A DNA stretch of 64,000 nucleotides from a bacterium (lineage in GTDB: Bacteria; UBA8248; JACPRG01; G963555815). Below the pieces are notes generated by a model. That model saw only the letters and a list, made by a program, of their open reading frames with translations. It did no database searches and was not told where the DNA came from. The translations under genes were made by a program, and so were the position numbers. The DNA lies in NCBI GenBank assembly GCA_965218795.1, contig OZ244653.1:2720001-2784000 (forward strand). Direction: 5' to 3'. The first letter of the stretch is position 1. Every line of letters starts with the position of its first letter. Below are positions 1 through 10,032 of this stretch, piece by piece.

Positions 1-561
1 CGTACGAAGCCCCAGCGCCATCTTGCCGACGATCCAGGCGGCGCCGGCCGCCAGCAGCCCGCCGACGGGCCAGGAAATAAGGATGGGAAGGCCGAGCCCG
101 CCGAGATAACCGGTGGCGGCGGGATTCACCCTTTCAATGGCGGCGACCGCCGGATCCAAGACGAGTCGGAACAGGAAACCGCCGGCGACCAGGATTGCAA
201 TGAGCGCGAACCAGCGCCGGCGGCCGGGACTCATCCGTCTCCAGAGGAATATCGCGACGGTGACGGTTCCGGCGCCAAGCAGCAGCGCGGCGATGACCTG
301 CAATCCTCCCGCGGCCCAGGCCGCTCCGACCGGCGGCATGCCGACGATGACGGCGGCCACGCCGCCCAGCGCAACGAAGCCCATGGTTCCGAAGTTGAAC
401 AGGCCCGCATACCCCCATTGCGCATTGAGCCCGAGGCTCATGATCGCCGAGATCAGGCACAGGTTGAGAATCGTCAGCGCAACGGACCAGCTCTGCGCCA
501 GACCGACGAGAACGAGCAGCGCAAAGACGGCCGCAAACAGAGCGGTGTTTTTCCGGTTCAC
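1..561 (-). CDS. livM: Branched-chain amino acid ABC transporter permease (LivM-like), runs off window start
   Basis: Manual translation from GTG at 561 (overlaps livH TGA): MNRKNTALFAAVFALLVLVGLAQSWSVALTILNLCLISAIMSLGLNAQWGYAGLFNFG; LivM signature GLNxQWGYAGLFNFG; last gene of operon. Confidence 0.85.
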   Translation of the reverse strand, partial: MNRKNTALFAAVFALLVLVGLAQSWSVALTILNLCLISAIMSLGLNAQWGYAGLFNFGTMGFVALGGVAAVIVGMPPVGAAWAAGGLQVIAALLLGAGTVTVAIFLWRRMSPGRRRWFALIAILVAGGFLFRLVLDPAVAAIERVNPAATGYLGGLGLPILISWPVGGLLAAGAAWIVGKMALGLRT

Positions 562-1568
562 TTCGATCCGCGCGTGAAAAGGCCAGTCGGCTTGAACATG
601 AGGACGAGAATCAGGATGCCGAAAGAAACCGCCAGCTTGTAATCGGTCGAAAGAATCTGGACGAGGTTTTCGGGCCTCATGCTCTCCGGCAGGATATAGC
701 CGAGAAATTTCTTGAAAGCGTACGTAATCGATATCTCGGAGAAAGCGACCACGAACCCTCCCGCGATGGCGCCGACCGGATTGCCGAGTCCGCCGACAAT
801 CGCCGCGGCGAATATCGGCAGCAGGAGTTGGAAGTAGGTGAAAGGCTTGAAGCCCTTGTCCAGGCCGTACAGCACGCCGGCCGTGGTGGCGAGCGCCGCG
901 GTGAGTATCCAGGTGACCGCGATCACGCGCTCGGCATTGATACCGCACAGAGCTGCGAGATCCTCGTTATCGGCCATCGCCCGCATGGATTTTCCGGTGC
1001 GGGTCCGTCCGATGAACCAGAACAGGGCCGTGACGGCGATGACGGCGGCGACGACGGTGATGGACTGCGGCACATTGATCGTCAGACCTTCGGAAAGCCC
1101 GGTCGCCTTCTTGAACTCACGCGCCTTGACGATAAACCGGGCGCCGTCGGCAAAGCGCTGATGCTCCGGGCCGATGACCAGGCGGACGATACTGTTGAAA
1201 ACGAACATGACGCCGACGGAGGCGATCATGAATATCATCGCGTCGCTCTTGCGGCGCCGGTAGAACCGGTAGACGATCCGATCCGTGGCCAGCAACAAGG
1301 CGGCGGCCGCGGCGATTCCGACCGGAAGGGCGAGCAGCGCCGTCGGCAGAACGCCAAGAGACACGCCGGACGCCTGCAGCCACCAGGTCACGAGGATCGT
1401 AATCATCGTGCCGAAGGCCATGATGTCGCCGTGGGCAAAGTTGGAAAATCGCAGAACCCCGTATACCAGCGTGACCCCGAGCGCGCCGAGGGTCAGCTGG
1501 CAGCCATAGGCGGTCGCCGGAATAATCACGAAGTTGCAGAGGAGGATGACCGCGTTCAGGAAATCCAT
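558..1568 (-). CDS. livH: Branched-chain amino acid ABC transporter permease (LivH-like)
   Basis: ALGVTLVYGVLRFSNFAHG, RTRTGKSMRA, AAIVGGLG motifs; hydrophobic. Confidence 0.9.
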   Translation of the reverse strand: MDFLNAVILLCNFVIIPATAYGCQLTLGALGVTLVYGVLRFSNFAHGDIMAFGTMITILVTWWLQASGVSLGVLPTALLALPVGIAAAAALLLATDRIVYRFYRRRKSDAMIFMIASVGVMFVFNSIVRLVIGPEHQRFADGARFIVKAREFKKATGLSEGLTINVPQSITVVAAVIAVTALFWFIGRTRTGKSMRAMADNEDLAALCGINAERVIAVTWILTAALATTAGVLYGLDKGFKPFTYFQLLLPIFAAAIVGGLGNPVGAIAGGFVVAFSEISITYAFKKFLGYILPESMRPENLVQILSTDYKLAVSFGILILVLMFKPTGLFTRGSK

Positions 1569-1571
1569 CGT

Positions 1572-2276
1572 TCACTGTCCGAGGAACGACTTCCGGACAT
1601 CGGGGTCGATGAGCAGCTTGACGCCGTCATCCGTATAATGGTTTCGGCCCTGGACGAGGACATAGCCAGCATCGGCGATGGCCAGGGCCTGCCTCGCATT
1701 CTGCTCGACCATCAGGATCGAGACCCCGGTGTGGACAATTTCCATGATCCGGAACATGATCTCGTCTCGAACGATCGGAGACACCCCCGCGGTCGGCTCG
1801 TCGAGCATCAGAACCTTCGGCAGCGTCATGAGGCCGCGGCCGATGGCGACCTGCTGGCGCTGGCCTCCGGACAGCTCGCCGGCAAGTTGCCGCCGCTTGT
1901 CCTTGAGGACCGGGAACAGTTCGTAGATCTGTTCCATCGTTTCCATGATGTTGTCCCGACGAAGGAAGGCCCCCATTTCGAGGTTTTCCTCCACCGTCAT
2001 TGACGGGAACACGTTGTCGGTCTGGGGAACGAAAGCCATCCCTTTCGATACCCGGTTCCGGGGCGAAAGCCGGGTGATGTCTTCCCCATGCAACCACACC
2101 GATCCCTGGCGAAGGTCGATCATCCCGAAGATCGCCTTCATCGCGGTCGATTTTCCGGCTCCATTGGGACCGACGATCACCGATATCTGTCCTGTTTCGG
2201 CGGCGATCGTGCAGCCGTCGAGGATATCGTCGCCGCCGTATCCTCCGGTCATGTTCTTTCCGACAAGCAGGCTCAT
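1572..2276 (-). CDS. livF: ABC transporter ATP-binding protein (LivF-like)
   Basis: Start MSLLVGKNMTGGYG at 2276; Walker A GPNGAGKST, LSGGQRQ, LDEPTAG, VEQNA. Confidence 0.9.
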   Translation of the reverse strand: MSLLVGKNMTGGYGGDDILDGCTIAAETGQISVIVGPNGAGKSTAMKAIFGMIDLRQGSVWLHGEDITRLSPRNRVSKGMAFVPQTDNVFPSMTVEENLEMGAFLRRDNIMETMEQIYELFPVLKDKRRQLAGELSGGQRQQVAIGRGLMTLPKVLMLDEPTAGVSPIVRDEIMFRIMEIVHTGVSILMVEQNARQALAIADAGYVLVQGRNHYTDDGVKLLIDPDVRKSFLGQ

Positions 2277-3049
2277 GCCGGACCGTCTCCGGAAAACCCA
2301 CTGCCGAGATATTTCATGATGACCTCTTCGTTCGCCATCACCTGTTCCGCCGAACCCTCCATCAGCACCTTGCCCTCCGCCATCACGATAACCGGATCGC
2401 AGAGACTCGAGATCGTATCCATGTTGTGCTCGATCATGCAGAAGGTATAGTCGCGCTCCCGGTTGAGTCTGACGATCGACTCTCCGATGGTTTTCATCAG
2501 CGTCGGATTCACGCCCGCGCCGACCTCGTCGAGGAAGACGATCCGGGCCTCCGCCATCATCGTCCGGCCCAGCTCGAGAAGCTTCTTTTGCCCGCCCGAC
2601 AGGTTTCCGGCGCGCTCGTCGGCGAGATGACCGACGGTAAGGAATTCCATGACTTCCCCGGCTCTCGCGGCCAGGGTCCGTTCCTCTTCGGCTACCCGCG
2701 CGGGGCGCAACCAGACCGAGACGAGGCTTTCTCCCGACTGGCCGGCGGGAACCATCATCAGGTTTTCGCGTACGGTCATGGACGAGAATTCGTGGGCGAT
2801 CTGGAAGGTGCGGAGAAGCCCCTTGTTGAAAAGTTCGTGAGGCGGCAGCCCCGTGACATCCTCGTCGGCCATACGGATACTGCCCGAATCCGGCCGGTAC
2901 ATCCCGGCGATGACATTGAACAGCGTCGTCTTGCCGGCTCCGTTGGGGCCGATGAGCCCGGTGATCGTGTTTTGAGCGATCACGAGAGACACCCCGTCGA
3001 CCGCGTGTACGCCCCCGAAATGCTTGTAAACGTTCTCGACGGTAATCAT
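2273..3049 (-). CDS. livG: ABC transporter ATP-binding protein (LivG-like)
   Basis: MITVENVYKHFGG; GPNGAGKTT, RTFQ, LSGGQKK, IEHNM. Confidence 0.9.
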   Translation of the reverse strand: MITVENVYKHFGGVHAVDGVSLVIAQNTITGLIGPNGAGKTTLFNVIAGMYRPDSGSIRMADEDVTGLPPHELFNKGLLRTFQIAHEFSSMTVRENLMMVPAGQSGESLVSVWLRPARVAEEERTLAARAGEVMEFLTVGHLADERAGNLSGGQKKLLELGRTMMAEARIVFLDEVGAGVNPTLMKTIGESIVRLNRERDYTFCMIEHNMDTISSLCDPVIVMAEGKVLMEGSAEQVMANEEVIMKYLGSGFSGDGPA

Positions 3050-3126
3050 CTGCCGACGCTCCGCGCGAACCGGCGGACAAAAGGACCGGTCCGGTCCGCC
3101 GCCTCGAGGCGACGGCATCGCCGGCC

Positions 3127-4326
3127 TCAGTAATAGCGTACCGTGACGATCTTGCCGTTCTTTATTTCGATTTCACGGTAGTTGCCCTTGGATTCTCCGG
3201 CGCCGACCAACTCGACCGCCGACCCGCCGACATAGTCGACATCGCCGCCGTCCTTGAGTATCCGCAGCGCCTTTCCGAGTTCGCCGGGGAGAATTTTTTC
3301 CCCCGGAGCATTGGCGACGCTCATCACCTTGCTCTTGTAGGCCGCAGGGTCCGAGGAGCCGGCCGCCTGCATGGCCAGAATGATGAGCGCGGCCGCATCA
3401 TAGGATTCCGGAGCAAACGGGGTGTCGCCCTTGAAACCGTTCTCCTTGCCCAACTTGACGATCAACGCCGCGCCGGGGCTGTCGGTTCCGGGATGCTGGC
3501 CGAAAGAGCCGTTGAGATCGGAACCGACGGCCTTGACCAGCGATTCGCCGACCATGCCGTCGGGCAGGACGAAAGTTCTGAAGGCATCCGTGTCGAGCGC
3601 CATTCGGATGATTCCGAGGCCGCCTTGGTCAAGATAGCCAGCCACGACGAGCGCCTCTCCGCCCGCCGAAGCCAGCGCGCCGACTTCCGCGGAATAATCG
3701 GCCTTGCCATCCTCATGCGCGGCATTGATCGTGATTTTGCCGCCCGCGGTTTCGAATGCCGACTTGAAGGATTCGGCAAGCCCCTTGCCGTAATCGTTGT
3801 TGGTGTAGGTGACGGCAACGGTCTTGATCCCGCGATCCGTGATGATTTTCGTCATGACCTGGCCCTGGCGGGTGTCGGACGGCGCGGTGCGGAAGAAAAG
3901 ACCGTCATCTTTCGCGGTCGAAAGCGCGGGGCTGGTCGCCGATGGCGAAATCATGACGATGCCGTTCGGACGTGCCACCTTTTGAAGGATCGCGCTGGTA
4001 ACGCCGGAGCAGTCGCCGCCCACGATGCCCCTTACCTTGTCCGCGGTCACAAGACGTTCCGCCGCAGTCGTCGCGGCCGCGGCATCGATGCAAGTCGAAT
4101 CGGCCTTGACGGCCGTAATCGTCGAGCCGCCGAGGAAAAGGCCGGATGCGCTTGCTTCCTTCATTGCCAACTCCGCGCCCGCGCTCATGTCCGGCGTCAG
4201 CGATTCGATCGGGCCGGTAAATCCGACAATGATGCCAAGCTTTACATTTTCAGCGTTGGCGCCTGCCACGGTTACCGTCATCGCCGCAACGGCAATGGCA
4301 ATGGCTATGAGAACTTTTTTGTTCAC
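3127..4326 (-). CDS. ABC transporter substrate-binding protein (LivJ/K family)
   Basis: Signal peptide; ISPSATSPALS, FFRTAPSD, NNDYGKG motifs; first gene of operon. Confidence 0.9.
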   Translation of the reverse strand: MNKKVLIAIAIAVAAMTVTVAGANAENVKLGIIVGFTGPIESLTPDMSAGAELAMKEASASGLFLGGSTITAVKADSTCIDAAAATTAAERLVTADKVRGIVGGDCSGVTSAILQKVARPNGIVMISPSATSPALSTAKDDGLFFRTAPSDTRQGQVMTKIITDRGIKTVAVTYTNNDYGKGLAESFKSAFETAGGKITINAAHEDGKADYSAEVGALASAGGEALVVAGYLDQGGLGIIRMALDTDAFRTFVLPDGMVGESLVKAVGSDLNGSFGQHPGTDSPGAALIVKLGKENGFKGDTPFAPESYDAAALIILAMQAAGSSDPAAYKSKVMSVANAPGEKILPGELGKALRILKDGGDVDYVGGSAVELVGAGESKGNYREIEIKNGKIVTVRYY

Positions 4327-4511
4327 TGGAATCTTCCTTTGTAAAGCAATCGATAGCCCTCTGTGCCTCCGTCGTCATCCTCAAGTTACCGTCGGCACTG
4401 TCACAGCGGAACAAAAGTCTACCATGAGCCGGCGCAAAAGATGAAAGAGGCATTTGCGCGGGTGCACGTCAAGAAATTGATGTGTTGAGGAAAGGTGGAA
4501 AGAGGCTTGCG

Positions 4512-4538
4512 CTCTGACATATGGTGAATATGTCAGAG
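4512..4538. promoter_or_regulatory. Perfect 11-bp inverted repeat, candidate operator
   Basis: CTCTGACATAT-ggtga-ATATGTCAGAG about 190 bp upstream of the liv operon start. Confidence 0.4.
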
Positions 4539-4664
4539 AGCAGCGGAGCGTGCCATGCCTTTTTCTTCCGATCACGAAGACCTTCTCCGGCATCGGAGAG
4601 CTTCGACCGGGCTCCCTGAAGCCCCGATACCGCAAATGCCGAAAACCCAATTTGTTCTGAGACG

Positions 4665-4798
4665 GTATTCGCCTGACAGTTTGGATAAACCCCTTCACCG
4701 TGTCGACGGGCCGCCTCCCCATGTTGCGATAGCCCTGTGAGGGCCGCTCGGTGTTGTAGAACTTGACGAGGCGTCTTCAGGTACGCGTCCAGGTCCTC
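4665..4798 (-). mobile_element. IS481-like transposase 3' remnant, copy 1
   Basis: Translates DLDAYLK/KFYNTERPSQGYRNMGRRPVDTVKGFIQ; similar copies at 54303 and 60445. Confidence 0.6.
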
Positions 4799-5039
4799 GG
4801 AATCTGGTGGACCCCATACCGAATCGATGCTGATGCCCTTTTTTTCGTCCTGGTTTCCGCCTTTGCAGGATACGGCCCAATGCCCCTTCAACCCTTCCAA
4901 AAGTCAATCATTACCTAGGGTGTCCCGACTGGTCGGAGAAAGCTGCTCGGCCGCCGCCGGCACCGAGCGCACAGTTGCTCAGGGTCGATAGCGTCCAGCC
5001 GCGATAGATCGCGTAGTCCCGCGCGGGATTCAAAACGTC

Positions 5040-5257
5040 TTTCTCTGTCATTTCCGGCCCCCGGCAACGCCCCGGCTGAATCGCCGGAGCGTTTTCATAT
5101 CTGAAATCGACCATGCAACCCTGTTGCACGGAATTTCTCTGTCATTTCCGGCCCCCGGCAACGCCCCGGCTGAATCGCCGGAGCGTTTTCATATCTGAAA
5201 TCGACCATGCAACCCTGTTGCACGGCCCAGGAAACGGCCGTGCAACAGGGTTGCATG
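5040..5257. repeat. Tandem direct repeat (period 94 bp) ending in a 22-bp perfect hairpin
   Basis: 5040-5131 repeated at 5134-5225; CATGCAACCCTGTTGCACGGCC (5206-5227) inverted at 5236-5257. Confidence 0.9.
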
Positions 5258-5552
5258 ACGGTTGCCGCCTCCCCCTCGCAGTCCATACCCTTATCCAAAT
5301 GAAGTCAGAATATATTTTTGCTCCCCCCTCAAGCTCCTTGCTCACATCCGTCAACCCACTTCCTTGAAATCATGCGCCACCGCTCCTTTCACTTTCACCA
5401 GTTCATTCTCGCAAAGACGTTCCCCGAAGTGCACGCGCAACGGGACGACTCCCCTTCCGGTTGGGGTCGTTTGACCGGTGTCAGGAAGGAGCGACGGGCG
5501 GGAGAAGGAGGGCACAGCGTACTGAGAATCACGACCCGCAAATCGACGAAGC

Positions 5553-6602
5553 TCAGTTCTTGAACGGTGTTGCGGCTTCCAGCGCAGGGGCATCCGGGCG
5601 CGCATCCGTTTCGCCCGTCTCATCCACTTCGAGGCCTCGGCCGGGGTACCCCATCTCGCGGATCATCCGGTGGGCCTCCTCGGCGGTCTGTCCCGGCGTT
5701 GTCAGGTAACCGGAAACGAAGATCGAGTTGGCCGGATAGAGCGCCAGCCCCTGGAGCGGGCCGAGCTGCACCTCACGACCGCCCGCCACGCGAATCTCCG
5801 ACTTCGGATTGAAGAACCGCATCAGGCTCAGGAGCCGCAGGCACCGCCTCGCGCCGAGCCGCGGCGTGTCCTGCAGGGGCGTTCCCGGAATGGCGTGCAG
5901 AAAATTCACCGGGATGGATTCCGGCTGAATCGCGCGCAGCGCCCTGCATACATCAATCACGTCACCGTTCGTCTCGCCCTGGCCGAAGATCACCCCCGAG
6001 CAGAGCTCCATGCCCGCGCCGCGAGCGGCCCGTAGGGTCTCCATTCGATCCCCATAGGTATGGGTTGTGCAGATCTCCGGATAAAACCGTTCGCTCGTAT
6101 TCAGGTTGTGATTCAAGCGGTCGACGCCGATTTGTCGAAGCCGCCGGGCCTCCTTGTCGCCGAAGATCCCCAGCGAGCAGCAGATCGACAGGTCGAACTC
6201 CGACTTGATGCGCCGGATCGCCGAGCCGATGCGCCCGATCTCCCCGTCGGTCGGACCCCGCCCGCTGATCACGATGCAATACCGACGCGAGCTCGCTTCC
6301 GCCGCGCGCCTGGCGCCTTCGTACAAAGCCTCTTCGGTGACGAGGCCGTATTTGTCGATGTCGGCCTTGGAGACGGCGGATTGCGAGCAGTAGGCGCAGT
6401 CCTCGGGGCACAGGCCGCTCTTCGCGTTGGCCAGGAGGTGGATCTGGACTTTCCGGCCGAAATGCGCCCGCCTCACCCGGAACGCCCCATCAAGGATGGG
6501 GAGAAGATCGTCCTCCGGGGCGCCGATGATCGCCTCGGCCTCTTCGCGGGAGGGCTCGCCGCCCTCCAGAACCCGGCCGGCCAGGCCGTTGTAATCGGTC
6601 AT
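5553..6602 (-). CDS. bioB: Biotin synthase (radical SAM)
   Basis: NAKSGLCPEDCAYCSQS CxxxCxxC, NHNLNTS, PESIPVNFL, IRVAGGRE, ANSIFVSGYLTTPG; start placed at MTDYNG. Confidence 0.93.
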   Translation of the reverse strand: MTDYNGLAGRVLEGGEPSREEAEAIIGAPEDDLLPILDGAFRVRRAHFGRKVQIHLLANAKSGLCPEDCAYCSQSAVSKADIDKYGLVTEEALYEGARRAAEASSRRYCIVISGRGPTDGEIGRIGSAIRRIKSEFDLSICCSLGIFGDKEARRLRQIGVDRLNHNLNTSERFYPEICTTHTYGDRMETLRAARGAGMELCSGVIFGQGETNGDVIDVCRALRAIQPESIPVNFLHAIPGTPLQDTPRLGARRCLRLLSLMRFFNPKSEIRVAGGREVQLGPLQGLALYPANSIFVSGYLTTPGQTAEEAHRMIREMGYPGRGLEVDETGETDARPDAPALEAATPFKN

Positions 6603-6685
6603 CTTCAAATCGTTCCCTTCCGAAACTTGCGCGCCTTCTTTCTGCGTTTCCTCGCACGGATGCGGACGGCCTGGAGCCTTGCATT

Positions 6686-7987
6686 TCAGGACGGGGAGGG
6701 GCTCGTCGGCGCGCCGTAGAGAATATTGGCGAGGGAGTCCCGAACGGCGGCCGGGTCCATGCCGTTGGCGCGGATGTAATGTTCGTTCCGGTCCAGGACC
6801 TGCTGGATGTCTCCCATCAGTCGGAAGCGCTGGAAGTAGGCATCGTGATGAACGTCCATGGCCTCTCCGATCAGGGAGATGAAATTGCACACGGTAAAGG
6901 GGTGGTTCGCCTCCTCCCCGCAGAGCTCCCGATAGCAACTGTGGTACGTGGCCGCGAGCGTATCGATGCCCGCCTTGCGCGCCTCGCGAAAGAGGACGTC
7001 CTTCATATCCTTCTTGGCTTCTTCGAGGATCAGCGTCGGGCACTGGTAGCCGTTCTGGACGAGCTGGGGGATCTCCACCAGCTCCAGTCCGGGCACGGAT
7101 CCCAGGATCTTTCGGACGTTCTCGTTGACGCCCGGCACGCCCGTGTGCTCGTGGAGTCCCACCCGCTTGTGGACCGGCCGGACATACCGCGCCGCAAGAG
7201 CCTCCAGCCGATCGGCGAGAAATTGCGTGATGTGATCGAAGGGCATCGGCGTCGGCTCGCCCATGGGCGGACGCTCGGTATATTGCATCTGGCAGGTCGG
7301 GCAGAAGGTCACCACCGTGTCCGGCTCGAAGGCGGTAAAGTGGTCGAGGGAGTTCGCCTTCATCCTGCCGCCGCCTTCCTCGTCTCCCTGCCGCAGGTGG
7401 TTCACGCCGCAGCAGTTGGCCACCCCCCCTTGAACGACGAAATCGATATCGAGCTGATCGAAGATGTCCATGACGGTGAAGATGATGTGAGGGGTTTGGA
7501 GGAGGTTGCAGCCGAAGTAGAAGACGATGTCCGCGCTCGATTCCTTCCCCTGCGAGACGGTGATGAGGTGCTGGAACCGCTCCGGCTCCATCTGCGTGCC
7601 CGCGACGAGCTTGAGCGTCTGGGCGAACCGCCGGAAGAATCCCGCTGACTCTTCCTGAATTTTCGGGAGGCCGCCTTTCTTCGTGAACAGCCGGGTGCGC
7701 GCGTACGCCAGCATGGTCCTCGGGTTGACGGGCTCCGGGCAGGCGTCGACGCATAGACCGCTCTGCTGGCAGGCCTCGGCCCACTCACCTCCTTCGCCGG
7801 TGAAATCCCGGTCCATCAGGAGATCGATGACGTCGCGCGTGACCCGCTCGGGATCGGCTTCTGCAAGGCCTGCGTATGGAACCATCGGGCACGCCTTGAA
7901 GCACTTGCCGCAGTAGGTGCAGGCGGCGGCCATCCGGGCGATGTCCTCGTTCATGTAATCGATGTAGGGTGTCGCCGAGGTCGTCAT
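6686..7987 (-). CDS. Fe-S binding protein with CCG domains (HdrD/GlpC-like)
   Basis: CTYCGKCFKACP and CQQSGLCVDACP ferredoxin motifs; YFGC, NCCG, FCPTC. Confidence 0.85.
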   Translation of the reverse strand: MTTSATPYIDYMNEDIARMAAACTYCGKCFKACPMVPYAGLAEADPERVTRDVIDLLMDRDFTGEGGEWAEACQQSGLCVDACPEPVNPRTMLAYARTRLFTKKGGLPKIQEESAGFFRRFAQTLKLVAGTQMEPERFQHLITVSQGKESSADIVFYFGCNLLQTPHIIFTVMDIFDQLDIDFVVQGGVANCCGVNHLRQGDEEGGGRMKANSLDHFTAFEPDTVVTFCPTCQMQYTERPPMGEPTPMPFDHITQFLADRLEALAARYVRPVHKRVGLHEHTGVPGVNENVRKILGSVPGLELVEIPQLVQNGYQCPTLILEEAKKDMKDVLFREARKAGIDTLAATYHSCYRELCGEEANHPFTVCNFISLIGEAMDVHHDAYFQRFRLMGDIQQVLDRNEHYIRANGMDPAAVRDSLANILYGAPTSPSPS

Positions 7988-8119
7988 GCGATCCGCCTCA
8001 TTGCAGGACTCCGAAGCGCGCCGTCCAGGGAGGTTATTGTAGTCGCGGAGTCTCGCTTCTACAAACCGACAGGGAACGCCGCCGGTTGGGGCGGCGCCCC
8101 GGACTCGGGGTCAAGGCGG

Positions 8120-9361
8120 TCACATGGCCGGGGCGCGGCCTTCGGCGACGCTCCGGGGGAGCAGGAGATAGTATTCCCCGGGATGCTTCATTCGTCCCGC
8201 GTTTTCCCCGGCCGCCTTCCCCGTCCCCCAAAAAATGTCCGCCCGCACGGGCCCGCGGATAGCCCCGCCCGTGTCCTGGGCGATGAATAGGCGGCGAAGG
8301 GGTTTCGTGTCTCTCCAGGAGCTTCCGGCGGGCGCCTTCGTGTCCACCCACAACGGCGCTCCCAACGGAATGAACCTTCTGTCCACGGCCAGGGACCGGA
8401 GGGGCGTCAGCGCAACGCCCTGCGCGCCGATGGGGCCCTCCCCATCCACTTCGCGGAAGAAAATATACGAGGGATTTTTCTCCATGAGCCTGCGGCCCTT
8501 GTCCGGGTTGTCCCTTATCCAGTTTCGGATGGACTGCATGGAGACCCCCTCGCGCGCGAGCTCTCCGTTGCGGATCAGCTCCCGTCCGATGGAGCGGTAG
8601 GGGTGGCCGTTTTGGGCGGAGTAACCGATGCGGATACGCCGGCCGTCCTCGAGCGCCACCTGACCTGACCCCTGGATGTGGAGAAAGAAGACGGCGACGG
8701 GATCGTCCACCCAGACGATTTCCAGTCCCTGGCCGTCCAGGGACCCGGAGTTGATGGACGCCCGGTTGTGGTACGGACGGAGCCGACCGTCCTGCACCTT
8801 CCCGATGATGCGCCGCCCGCGGAGGTCGCGGTGGAAGGCGCCGAGGTCGACCGTGACGAGGTCTCTTGGGCGGCTGTGGATGGGTACGGTGTAGCGGCCT
8901 GCGCGCTGCCGGGAGCCGCTGAGCACGGGCTCGTAGTAGGCGGTGAACAGCCCTTCGGATTTCTCATGGTTCATCGCCCGGTAGGGGATGAACACCTTCT
9001 CGATGAAATCCCGGACACGGCCGTTGTCTTGCGGAAGGCGGGCGGCTTCCGCGCAGATGGTCCGCCAGTCGGCGACTTGGCCCGCATACCGCTTCCGGTC
9101 AAGTGGACGGTCGTTGGGCTGCCAGCGGAGCCGGCCGCAGGATTTACGGAACGCCGGGAGGATGGCGGCCTGTTGGTCGCTCGTCCATCCGGGCAGGTCC
9201 GAGAAACCGACGCGCTCCAGGATGAGCCGCGAACCGTCGCGTGCGGGCCCGATCATTCGGTCCCTCGCCGGGGGCTCGAAGACGCCCGCGCATCCGGCGA
9301 GGGAAAAAAGCACGAGCAGGGCGGCAAGCCGTCCGGGGTTGGAATTCTGTCGCTGGATCAT
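8120..9361 (-). CDS. mltA: Membrane-bound lytic murein transglycosylase A (lipoprotein)
   Basis: Lipobox LAGC; TAYYEP, FFLHIQGSG, NPSYIFF, AQDTGGAIRGPVRADIFWG. Confidence 0.92.
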   Translation of the reverse strand: MIQRQNSNPGRLAALLVLFSLAGCAGVFEPPARDRMIGPARDGSRLILERVGFSDLPGWTSDQQAAILPAFRKSCGRLRWQPNDRPLDRKRYAGQVADWRTICAEAARLPQDNGRVRDFIEKVFIPYRAMNHEKSEGLFTAYYEPVLSGSRQRAGRYTVPIHSRPRDLVTVDLGAFHRDLRGRRIIGKVQDGRLRPYHNRASINSGSLDGQGLEIVWVDDPVAVFFLHIQGSGQVALEDGRRIRIGYSAQNGHPYRSIGRELIRNGELAREGVSMQSIRNWIRDNPDKGRRLMEKNPSYIFFREVDGEGPIGAQGVALTPLRSLAVDRRFIPLGAPLWVDTKAPAGSSWRDTKPLRRLFIAQDTGGAIRGPVRADIFWGTGKAAGENAGRMKHPGEYYLLLPRSVAEGRAPAM

Positions 9362-9449
9362 CCGGTCTCCTGAAACTTGCCTGAAGCCGGGGGGTGAGCC
9401 AAGCTCCAGGCATGAACCGAAGGTAGCGACCGGGGGAGGAAACGTCAAC

Positions 9450-9480
9450 AAAAAAGGGATGCGCGGGGCATCCCTTTTTT
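9450..9480. terminator. Bidirectional intrinsic terminator
   Basis: AAAAAAGGGATGC-gcggg-GCATCCCTTTTTT. Confidence 0.8.
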
Positions 9481-9538
9481 CAGGAAATGGGTACAGTAAC
9501 CGGTCGGCGGAATCAGGCGACGCTCCGGACGACCTCCT

Positions 9539-9778
9539 CTACCCGTCAGGCGCCAGTTGGAACTCCTTCGAGACCTTCTCGACTACGCGGTCCCGCAAGT
9601 CGGAGGGGACGGCGGGGGCGGCCCGTGTGACCGGCTCATACGGCTGGGGCGGGGTCGTCAGGCTGACCAGGTCCCAGCGCGCATAGCGCCCCAGGGAATC
9701 AAAAACGGATTTTACGACCTTGACGTATTTGGCCTGGAGATCGGCGTAGAAGACAGGCGTCGCCCCGCCCGGATCCAT
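9539..9778 (-). CDS. Small hypothetical protein
   Basis: GC-rich third positions; lies between tRNA-Phe and the terminator; no recognised motif. Confidence 0.4.
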   Translation of the reverse strand: MDPGGATPVFYADLQAKYVKVVKSVFDSLGRYARWDLVSLTTPPQPYEPVTRAAPAVPSDLRDRVVEKVSKEFQLAPDG

Positions 9779-9877
9779 ATGCAATACGGTTTTCTTCCAC
9801 CGGCAGGACCCTGTTGGAAGACCATCCAAAAATGAAAAGGGATTGGCGCTTGGTTCACGCCAACCCGCTGATATAAG

Positions 9878-9953
9878 TGGTGCCGGGGGACGGAATTGAA
9901 CCGCCGACACATGGATTTTCAGTCCACTGCTCTACCGACTGAGCTACCCCGGC
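9878..9953 (-). tRNA. tRNA-Phe (GAA)
   Basis: GCCGGGGTAGCTCAGTCGGTAGAGCAGTGGACTGAAAATCCATGTGTCGGCGGTTCAATTCCGTCCCCCGGCACCA; 76 nt, encoded CCA. Confidence 0.98.
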
Positions 9954-10032
9954 ACCTGTCTTCGTATTCAATTTCCCGGGACGAATGAGCCTCAGGAGGC
10001 ACTCCGTCATCCCGCGCGTTCAACGCTGAGGC

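Noticed and set aside
5040-5257. CRISPR array
   Set aside because: Two long identical units with no spacers; no cas genes seen
6603-7784. 743-aa BioB fusion
   Set aside because: The extension overlaps the CCG protein in another frame and is Arg/Pro-rich, typical of a GC-rich shadow ORF
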